A DNA stretch of 16,762 bases, from NCBI GenBank assembly GCA_049472335.1, contig JBLIRO010000096.1, positions 1 through 16,762 of the forward strand, read 5' to 3'. This DNA comes from a bacterium. GTDB lineage: Bacteria; SZUA-182; DTGQ01; JAFGSM01. Below, piece by piece: positions 8,001 through 14,871 of this stretch. Numbering within the stretch: the first letter of the stretch is position 1; each line of letters opens with the position of its first letter. Both the position numbers and the translations under genes were made by a program. The notes below the pieces were generated by a model that saw only the letters and a program-made list of their open reading frames with translations, did no database searches and was not told where the DNA came from.

Positions 8001-11000
8001 TCCTGGAATATTATAAGTTATTCATCTGATTTTTTGTTAAATGAATGGCATCAATTAGTTGTTACATATAATGGTATAACTGGTGATGCTTGTGTATATC
8101 TAGATGGTGTTTTGCATAAAACTAAAAACTTAGGTTCTTTTATTCCCCAAACAAGCTATAACCTTTATATAGGGAAGAGACCTGGGAGAGAACAATTTAA
8201 AGGTCTCATAGACGATATTTACATCTATAATCGTGCCCTTTCAGAATCTGAAATTCGGAGGATTTATCTTTCTGAGGTAGATAGTCTGGTTGGATATTGG
8301 AAATTTGATGATCCTAATGACCTTGGATTAGACAGCTCGGGTTATGGAAATCATGGGAAAGTAACATATTCTGATGTTTCTTATGAAGTGGAAGGAATAA
8401 TAAATGGAGCAGCAAGATTTATCGAGGGAATATCCGATTCTGCCATTGAGATACCTTATAGTGATTCTCTTAGATTAACTTCCGGAAGTACAATGGCTGC
8501 ATGGATAAATCTTGATGGGTGCGATACGGACAATGGAGATAATATCATTTCAAAGGGATCATCTGAGCCCTATAGTTTTTTTGCAAGATTAGAAAATAGC
8601 ACTCCGGGAGTTATGGCAGGTAATTTTGGGCCTCCCATATATACTGATTATGTTCCACCAGCAGGTTTATGGGTTCATATGGTGGTGACTTTTGATAATG
8701 GTATATCTAATTTCTATGTGAATAGTAACCCGATTTCTTTTAAAACAGGCGGTTATATTCTAGATAATAATGCCAGTTTATACATAGGGGCATCACCCTA
8801 TGGTGCAGTGGAAGATTTTTCAGGCTTAATGGATGAAGTTCGCATTTACAATCGTGCCCTTTCCGAAACTGAAATTCAAGCGCTTTATTGTGATGGCCTT
8901 AATCTAAAGACATACTATCGGGATGCAGATAGTGACGGCTATGGTGATCTAAACAATACTCTTGAAAGCTGTTTCCAACCGAATGGTTATGTTCTTGATG
9001 ACACTGATTGCCTGGACACTGATCCGAACATATACCCAACCGCTATAGAATACACTGATAACAAAGACAATGACTGCGATGGCATGATAGATGAAATTTA
9101 TGTTGATGCTTATAAAAATTCAACTGCTAATCAATGGTTAGACACAGGAATTGATCTGAGTATAGGAACGGAACTCAATATTACTGCTGCTGGAACTGCT
9201 TGTCATGGTGATATAAATTACTATTGCTTTGGACCTAATGGTAATGATTCGCTTGGGATCTTGTTTGGATTCGGAAGCTTGGTTGGTAAAATAGGTAATG
9301 GTGATATATTTTTTATTGGAACTAGTTACCATGAAGTTCTTGATAGTTCAGGAAGATTATACTTGGGTTATTATGATTCTGACTATTCCAACAATACTGG
9401 CGGATTTGAGGTTGCAGTTAATATATCATGCGTCTATTATTACAAGGATCATGATAAGGACGGCTTTGGAATTTCTGAGGATTTCCGGTGTTTGGATGCA
9501 CCTGATGAAGCAGGAGAATATACTGCCTTAGTTTATGGCGATTGTAATGATAAAGATCCAGCCATAAATCCTGGGATGACGGAGATATGCAACGGAGTGG
9601 ATGATGATTGTGATAGTTTAATAGATGAAGAATTAACACGTCCATGCTCAACAGCATGTGGCACTGGGACAGAGACATGCCAGGACGGCCAATGGACAGC
9701 CTGTGATGCATCGCAACCCGAGCCGGAAGTATGTGATGGAAAAGACAATGATTGTAACGGTGTTGTCGATGATCCCGATGTGCTTACATACAAAATATAT
9801 TATAAAGATGCTGATGGTGACAGCTATGGTGATCAAAATAACACCCGGTTTGCCTGTAAACCTCCTGATAAATATGTACTAAATGGAGATGACTGTAATG
9901 ACCAAGATCCTCTCATTCATTCAGGGGCAACTGAAAACTGCTATGATGAGCTAGACAATGATTGTGATGGACTGATAGATTCAGATGACGAAGATTGTAA
10001 TATAGAAGAATGCACATTCAGGGCCTCAATCACGGCTACAGGCCAGGCATTGCAAGGTGCCTGCTACAAGAGTTCCGTATTCATTGGGATAGGCCCGAAT
10101 GCTGAAACTTATTCCTCTCCCGGGCCTGCGCCAAACTATACCGTTTATCTCACAATATCTGAGGGGCTAGCTGAAGACATCAGAGGAGCAGGTTCTGATT
10201 TTGAACGGTGGGATCTCATATTAGAAATAGGAGATTATGCTGATCCTGACCAGGATGGCTACTACCCTGTATTAAGCTGGGATACGAACCAATTCTGCCC
10301 TCCAAGCGCAAACAGCCATCTTATTTTGTATTCGGTAAACGATCAAGATAAACTCACACGGCTTACGGATATGCACACGACAAACTTCTATCAGACAAAA
10401 GAGGAGGAAGGAGAGCATTACTTAGACTGGTGCTTCCTTAAATATGCTGTCATCCGGTCCAGTGGTTGTATTGTTGAAAATGACTTAGCAGGGGGCTGGA
10501 ACATTATTTCTTTACCTGTTTTATTGCAAAGCAACCTGGCATCAGAGATATTTCCCGATGCAGCGGTAATATATCGTTTTGAAAAAGGTTTTGGATATGT
10601 TCGCGTAAAACCAGATGAGGCACTGGTACATGGAACCGGTTATTGGATATTGCTACCCGAGGCGAAAAGTTATTCATTGTTGGGCGAATGTATAATGGAG
10701 TATAGCCTCCCTGTTGAAAATGGCTGGTATCTGATCGGTTCATGTTCGGGACCCTCCAAGGCTTCTATAAACTGTGGCAGTATAGACGTTATCTACCGTT
10801 TCAAACCCGGATTTGGTTACCAAAGGGTCCTTGAGTCAGAGATGCTGATGCCTGGGTCAGGTTATTGGATACTTATAAGCAATATCCCTGATCAGTGCCA
10901 GGCAGTACTTAAAGTTCAAGGGGTAGAACCTCCTGCTGGGTATATTGATGAATCTCACATTGATAATGCAAAGGCTAAAAGGCGGATGAAGAGTTTGGAA

Positions 11001-11765
11001 TCACAGGATGGGCAATGGCGGCTTGGAATAACAGTTACAGGGCAGGAATACCAGGGGGCGGGCAATATAAGTTCCATTTATATAGGCATGGATAATAATT
11101 CGGCGACATACCCGTCACCCGGCTACCTGCCAAACTATACGGTGGATATGAAAGTATCCGGAGGCTTCCTTGAAGATATAAGGGAGAAAGGGTCCGGGCA
11201 TGAAGTATGGAACCTCATCGTTGAAATCGGCCCGGACGCGGATTATAACGAAGAGGATTATTATCCTGTATTGAGCTGGAATCCTGCGGATATAGGTACA
11301 TGTGCAATGAAGATTAGAAGAGGAGACACAGAAACCGGAGAGGTCCTGGTGGATGATATGCTCACAAAAAGCACTTATCAGACACAGGCAGAAGATGGAT
11401 ACTATGATCCGGACTCAGGCAGGACCTTTTTGTTCTATACAGTCGTTTTGGAGACTACAGGTAGTGAGACTGATCCTGACAATGAAATCAACCCTCACAC
11501 AAATGCAAATGGATATAATTATGGCAGCCTGAACCAATTGTATAATGGATATATGTATTACTGGTTCGGGGCATATTCGGACTTCCGGCTTTTAATCCCA
11601 TCTTTTTATAATGCGCCGTATGCTCATTTCAATGCCAATTACGACAATTACTATACCGGAATTTTAGGGTGGCAGCCCTTTTTATATATAACAGAAGATC
11701 AGAATAACTATTTGCGACAAATATGGATGATTTCCTGGGGCCAGCCTTTTGCACTTTACTTTTAA
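5043..11765 (+). CDS. Giant secreted multidomain surface/adhesin-like protein (PKD, FG-GAP/VCBS propeller, MopE-type Cys/Asp repeats, 2x LamG-like, PA-IL/LecA-like lectin)
   Basis: Signal peptide MKAVNKTILIIMLVFCVIFLINRITFA; AAGGAGAGGAG RBS. PKD (YEWDFGDG, ~6135-6375); GDxxxDGxxE/D repeats (~6376-7440); DCNDxDPxIxPxAxExxDGxDNDCDGxVDE repeats (~7460-7640, ~8910-9095, ~9435-10000); two LamG-like domains (GLVAYYPFNGNA...GLIDDIYIYNRALS and LVGYWKFDD...GLMDEVRIYNRALS); WLDTGIDL...GSLVGKIG...SGRLYLGYYDSDYSNNTG PA-IL-like domain (~9100-9430). Confidence 0.92.
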   Translation: MKAVNKTILIIMLVFCVIFLINRITFAGIEEMLMPEAKVIVKGKLPDDCSVNIDLILNDPELNASRIDDFVVWQEIPDDCERSSCCCYHESYPESVKLLCALSQNGTFLFGAEGPVPEVLSAICPGQTSFEIHLKPRTINLTDSARSKLLLLDKKGYISGLQSELPMVDFANYIKKGLSFEIKHRLENKITDIFYGVFSLRGNEDIWRENGYGVYTKQHDIWRPGNTLWCPFTSAFDNGTAIRSCKVNYEGEIASFVNCRIFNNNKIYSLLPCIEAGWVKLDGIEVVNGSGRCCSHDRKLYNQYPQNIELGIKKCWSHTLSYVGIAFIGDSITFSDWNETPSLGHRKNPPPEILVLEPNIWYGDYIEYSPDDPMVGKAVTFDILSSFDPSKVASYEWDFGDGITGTGATVNHIYQEPGDYNISLLMTTTDGEMAASSVTITVKDFQLRKIHSINATAVGFEIGDVDNDNLEELVITDTSNNQILVYDAQYNFEYSLPFNETPRAVIISDINNDGKNELIVGTATGSSADGPGYAYIGEVESTGNFVEEWKSPPYCLKWADDLTVGDLNSNGRKELIMGLAGNDDKLVSYEYTGSTYTLIFTEDIGSDVDSVSVAEDKLFVGTSCSLDYGMRIYNKYNIEFSDLNNGSTCVSAGDVNGDGKIDIVRAMGGKCECYSSGLVGKHSYPRPSFSIYDETYTDVFTSPELSVDSVPRHVFVTTGDLLTGGGEEIVVGIRSETHEIIDKIRLYRYNGTTYEEVWNEDLSDVTDDVYHLRIADLDGDGKNEFFVSTTYGLKVFAPSCCSLNTFYQDSDADGFGNPDITTLGYVQPAGYSFNNLDCNDTDPDIHPTAVEYVDGKDNDCDGEVDEPNDLTNGLVAYYPFNGNAYDESGNGKHGIVYGSTLCEDRFGNANSAFNFDGVDDYVIVQKNSSLIPGNSLTLSAWFKTNSGNQQPILEWNDGNHCGVHMWINVPCWPGTGANLADTINISSWNIISYSSDFLLNEWHQLVVTYNGITGDACVYLDGVLHKTKNLGSFIPQTSYNLYIGKRPGREQFKGLIDDIYIYNRALSESEIRRIYLSEVDSLVGYWKFDDPNDLGLDSSGYGNHGKVTYSDVSYEVEGIINGAARFIEGISDSAIEIPYSDSLRLTSGSTMAAWINLDGCDTDNGDNIISKGSSEPYSFFARLENSTPGVMAGNFGPPIYTDYVPPAGLWVHMVVTFDNGISNFYVNSNPISFKTGGYILDNNASLYIGASPYGAVEDFSGLMDEVRIYNRALSETEIQALYCDGLNLKTYYRDADSDGYGDLNNTLESCFQPNGYVLDDTDCLDTDPNIYPTAIEYTDNKDNDCDGMIDEIYVDAYKNSTANQWLDTGIDLSIGTELNITAAGTACHGDINYYCFGPNGNDSLGILFGFGSLVGKIGNGDIFFIGTSYHEVLDSSGRLYLGYYDSDYSNNTGGFEVAVNISCVYYYKDHDKDGFGISEDFRCLDAPDEAGEYTALVYGDCNDKDPAINPGMTEICNGVDDDCDSLIDEELTRPCSTACGTGTETCQDGQWTACDASQPEPEVCDGKDNDCNGVVDDPDVLTYKIYYKDADGDSYGDQNNTRFACKPPDKYVLNGDDCNDQDPLIHSGATENCYDELDNDCDGLIDSDDEDCNIEECTFRASITATGQALQGACYKSSVFIGIGPNAETYSSPGPAPNYTVYLTISEGLAEDIRGAGSDFERWDLILEIGDYADPDQDGYYPVLSWDTNQFCPPSANSHLILYSVNDQDKLTRLTDMHTTNFYQTKEEEGEHYLDWCFLKYAVIRSSGCIVENDLAGGWNIISLPVLLQSNLASEIFPDAAVIYRFEKGFGYVRVKPDEALVHGTGYWILLPEAKSYSLLGECIMEYSLPVENGWYLIGSCSGPSKASINCGSIDVIYRFKPGFGYQRVLESEMLMPGSGYWILISNIPDQCQAVLKVQGVEPPAGYIDESHIDNAKAKRRMKSLESQDGQWRLGITVTGQEYQGAGNISSIYIGMDNNSATYPSPGYLPNYTVDMKVSGGFLEDIREKGSGHEVWNLIVEIGPDADYNEEDYYPVLSWNPADIGTCAMKIRRGDTETGEVLVDDMLTKSTYQTQAEDGYYDPDSGRTFLFYTVVLETTGSETDPDNEINPHTNANGYNYGSLNQLYNGYMYYWFGAYSDFRLLIPSFYNAPYAHFNANYDNYYTGILGWQPFLYITEDQNNYLRQIWMISWGQPFALYF

Positions 11766-11837
11766 TGATAATATTGGTGGAAATGACATGATGAATTGCT
11801 GATCCATTGGAAACCAAGACAGATAGTATGTAAATAA

Positions 11838-11894
11838 AAAAGAGAGGGAGAGATGAGTCCCCGGATATCGGGATTTGTTTTCTCCCTCTCTTTT
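11838..11894. terminator. Long hairpin, probable (bidirectional) intrinsic terminator
   Basis: Perfect 14-bp arms AAAAGAGAGGGAGA (11838-11851) and TCTCCCTCTCTTTT (11881-11894); the inner GATGAGTCCC/GGGATTTGTT also pairs with G-U. Lies between convergent genes, with T-tracts on both strands. Confidence 0.7.
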
Positions 11895-11907
11895 ACATTT
11901 TGGATTT

Positions 11908-12086
11908 AACCCAGATCTTGCATTTGAAATCGTCATGAGACGCAGAAGAAGCTTCACAGGCAAGGAGCGAAGACGATTTTGGCTGAAAGGTTTATTGAAA
12001 TATTTCGATGTCAAAATCGTTCTGAGCGACGCCGCATGTGGAGCTGATTTCAAGTTGTAATAGATTTCAAATGCAAGATCTGGGTT
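11908..12086. mobile_element. MITE-like non-autonomous element (179 bp) with perfect 24-bp terminal inverted repeats
   Basis: AACCCAGATCTTGCATTTGAAATC (11908-11931) is the exact reverse complement of 12063-12086. TTA at 11906-11908 and 12086-12088 is a possible target duplication (TIR would then be 23 bp). Internal palindromes present; no transposase. Confidence 0.8.
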
Positions 12087-12122
12087 TAAATATTTATATG
12101 AATAAGTTGGGATTGAATTAAT

Positions 12123-13190
12123 TCAGAAAACACAACAACAAAAAACGGTTCTATCGTCCCTGATATATTGTGCAATATATTGTTCATAAATCACCTTTGC
12201 TGTTTCGATATTTCTTTGATCTGCTGTTGCCATAAGATCAGCATAAACAAGAATTGGGTGAACAATATCGTTAAATTTGGCTTTATTTAGTGGTTTCCAG
12301 AAACGTTTTAGAATTTCTAATTCACCATTAATGTCTTTTTTGAGTCTATTTTCAAGTAATAACTGATTAATATACTCTGGTATTGTATAAATAGTAAAAT
12401 GAGACGGTTTCAAGTACTTTGTTAATTTGGCGGCAGCCACTTCACCACCCCAGTGAGCATATTCAAAATTAATTTCTTTTAGTCGCCACCAATATTGAAC
12501 ACCTCTATATTTACCCAAATGTAGCTTTGGCCTTAATTTTTAAGGGTATTCGGTAATCCAATTTAAAAGTTGCTCTTTTCGAATTAATTTACGCCCATGT
12601 TTTCCCATATCAATAAGGAAACCTTGGCTTTTTAAATCATTTATAATCCAACCAATATTACCAAGAGCCACACCTGCAGAATGTGCAATCTCTCTATAGG
12701 TTTTGTTAATCAAATCAGGATAGCATAAAAAGATAAAAACTGCTTTAAGACCTGTGGGCCTGAAAGCATTTCCTTGAGAGACTTCCTTAAATTTTTCAGA
12801 AAGCCTGTTGCCTTTAACGAAAATATAGACCGGAGGTTGATTAATAAAGGCATTTCCTGCTATATCTATAAACTCCATTTCTTTTTGTTTTAAATGATAA
12901 GCCATATATTCATTAACATAGTCAGTAACCAGTAAAAGTGGATGAGGAAGTTTTTCTTTGTATTGGATTAACAAACCAATAACTGGTCTGGTAATATTGT
13001 TTTTGATTTCAATGCAAAATTGAATTTGCTTTTTATTGGCTTTCACTTGTAGTATTTTGTCAGCTTTCATATACAAATCACGATCTAACCTTGCTTCCAA
13101 CATATCAAAGTGTACTGGAATAAAAAAATTATTCCTAAGGGCTTCCAAAGCTTCCTGGAGAATCTCTTCTTTTGGATATCTCTTTATCAT
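12123..13190 (-). pseudogene. Type IV TA AbiEi-family (AbiEi_2/DUF2186-like) antitoxin interrupted by one in-frame TAA
   Basis: ORFs 12540-13211 and 12123-12518 are in the same frame: ...NWITEYP*KLRPKLHLGKYRG... with TAA at 12540-12542. Family-like motifs FIDIAGNAFI, TYREIAHSAGVALGNIGWI (HTH), WGGEVAAAKLT and VHPILVYADLMATADQRNIETA. Likely start is ATG 13190 with GGGGA RBS rather than TTG 13211. Confidence 0.8.
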
Positions 13191-13204
13191 GATTTCCCCA
13201 TTTT

Positions 13205-13257
13205 TGTTCAAAAAAATTTGATGTTAATAAATTATGAACATACATTATTTTTGAACA
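13205..13257. promoter_or_regulatory. Operator-like array 1: TGTTCA-N11-TGTTAA-N7-TGAACA-N11-TGAACA
   Basis: Half-sites at 13205, 13222, 13235 and 13252; dyad-symmetric; immediately upstream of the AbiEi RBS. Confidence 0.7.
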
Positions 13258-13313
13258 TTAGTCAGATTTTTTATTTTTAGTTTTTAAATATTAAAATTCA
13301 ATTAGTTGTAATA

Positions 13314-13366
13314 TTTTCAACTTGTCACTTGGTTCATATATAATGAACAAATAAATATTTTGAACA
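13314..13366. promoter_or_regulatory. Operator-like array 2: TTTTCA-N11-GGTTCA-N7-TGAACA-N11-TGAACA
   Basis: Half-sites at 13314, 13331, 13344 and 13361; same spacing as array 1, offset by 109 bp. Confidence 0.62.
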
Positions 13367-13379
13367 AAATATAGAATAA

Positions 13380-13640
13380 CTAAAACCATTTGATCACAGG
13401 CTTTGCTTTTTGGTACTCCATCCATGTTGTAATCTGATATTCCTCTCCATCTGTGGAAAGGGTAATGGCGCCATCATTGTCTGTGCGATAGATTCGGGTT
13501 TGGAGGGCCTCAAGCCTTTTAAGGGCGGAAGGGGCAGGCAGTGGATACCAACTGGTTTGTCTTGTGGAAATTACAGACACCTCAGGGTTCACAGCTTTTA
13601 GGAACACCACAGAGTTCGAGTTTTTGCTTCAGTGATGGGC
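13380..13640 (-). pseudogene. comEC: Diverged duplicate of the last 86 codons of comEC
   Basis: AHH*SKNSNSVVFLKAVNPE...WMEYQKAKPVIKWF aligns without gaps to PHHGSKNSNTVGFLKAVQPE...WMEYQTAKPLLRWF (67/86 identical by hand count); TGA at 13629-13631 replaces Gly. Confidence 0.92.
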
Positions 13641-13720
13641 ATTTTGGGATTGTGGACACAAGTTTTCCCTTCGGGATGTGTTAACCATGTTCATTTCGAT
13701 AAGGAAGCTTAATGATTTGT

Positions 13721-14122
13721 TTATGATTTATCCATGAGATAGGTTTTTACAGCTTCCAGAAAATGTCCTGCCTTTTGAAATATTTCCTCCGCTCTTTCTC
13801 TTGTTACTGGTTTTATGACCTTATAATCAGATTGTTGTCGGAGTTCAAATGCCTTATGAAAATCTTTGGAAAATTCTTTAGGAAATATCCCCTTTAAGAC
13901 AAACTCTGTATCAAAAAGGCTTATTACGCCAGTATGCTTTGAAGGGATCTTAGAAATTTTTTGTAAGAGGGCAAGTACTGCATAAAACATGGCATAATAA
14001 GATCTATTTACGATACTTTGGGGACTGCGATTTCCGGTCAACAAAAATTTGGCATCCTCTAGAGATGTGGTGGCCTGCTCTAATCGATACCTGATAAGTT
14101 CGGCGACCTCCTCGGGTTTCAT
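13721..14122 (-). CDS. HEPN domain protein (UPF0332-like), partner of the upstream MNT
   Basis: 133 aa; NRSYYAMFYAV, SKHTGVISLF and LRQQSDY motifs; ATGA overlap with the MNT gene. Confidence 0.88.
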   Translation of the reverse strand: MKPEEVAELIRYRLEQATTSLEDAKFLLTGNRSPQSIVNRSYYAMFYAVLALLQKISKIPSKHTGVISLFDTEFVLKGIFPKEFSKDFHKAFELRQQSDYKVIKPVTRERAEEIFQKAGHFLEAVKTYLMDKS

Positions 14123-14436
14123 ATGAATATCCCTTCTAATCTTATTGCATCAGCAAGAAGTGAGCTACGTTCAGGACTCCTATCCCATTCATTAATGGAA
14201 AATACTATTGGAACCATAACGATCCCATGTTTAAAACTCGCTTCCCAGGCACAATCACTGATATAATCCTCCACTTCTTTTGTTAATTCATCAACAACCA
14301 CGAGTACATCCATATCGGAATCCGGTTCAGCATCTCCTCTTGCCCTTGATCCGAAAAGAACCAGATAATGTAATTTTACTTTTTTTATTAAAAGTAACTT
14401 AAATTTATCTAAGACATTTTTTTCGAGGGAAGTCAT
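14119..14436 (-). CDS. Minimal nucleotidyltransferase (MNT, pol-beta superfamily)
   Basis: 105 aa; LFGSRARGD...SDMDVLVV (GS-x10-DxD) motif; AGGAG RBS; paired with HEPN. Confidence 0.9.
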   Translation of the reverse strand: MTSLEKNVLDKFKLLLIKKVKLHYLVLFGSRARGDAEPDSDMDVLVVVDELTKEVEDYISDCAWEASFKHGIVMVPIVFSINEWDRSPERSSLLADAIRLEGIFI

Positions 14437-14871
14437 GCCTTGTATCTCCTAAAAGAGAATCCATTAAAGGTTTAATTTTAGGTAGTTATTTATTTAATTT
14501 AAAGTATTTTCTTATATGTTTTCATTCCTTTCGGTTTACTTCTCTGGCTAATTCTTTTGCCTTTTACATAATCAATTTGCTTTTTTCTTTGATTATATCA
14601 ATTTCAATGAAGTCTTAATTTTTAATACCATTTCATTATCGGCCATATAACTTCCAAGCCGAATTATAAGATCCTTGCCTTCATATTCAATTTTGTTTTG
14701 GCTCCCTTTTCTCAAGTAAGATTAAGTTCGTTAAGTCTTTTATTCTTACAATAATTATAACACATAACAAATCTAAAATCTTTTTGTTTACTATAATCGA
14801 GATTTATCATCTTTTAGAAAGATGTCTGAATAGAAGGATTCAAGGAGGTTTTATAAATCATATACTGTTGC

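Noticed and set aside
5158..10743. Short ORFs overlapping the 2240-aa gene
   Set aside because: Antisense or off-frame shadows of a domain-rich CDS.
11629..12060. ORFs 11629-11817, 11682-12053 and 11875-12060
   Set aside because: They run through the terminator hairpin, the MITE or the giant gene's end and have no recognisable motifs.
12540..12542. Stop-codon recoding or alternative genetic code in AbiEi
   Set aside because: The stop is TAA, which ends other genes here normally (sigma, giant gene, HEPN); a nonsense mutation is simpler.
13380..13610. 76-aa ORF as an independent gene
   Set aside because: It is the comEC tail copy; homology extends upstream through an in-frame TGA and there is no clear RBS.
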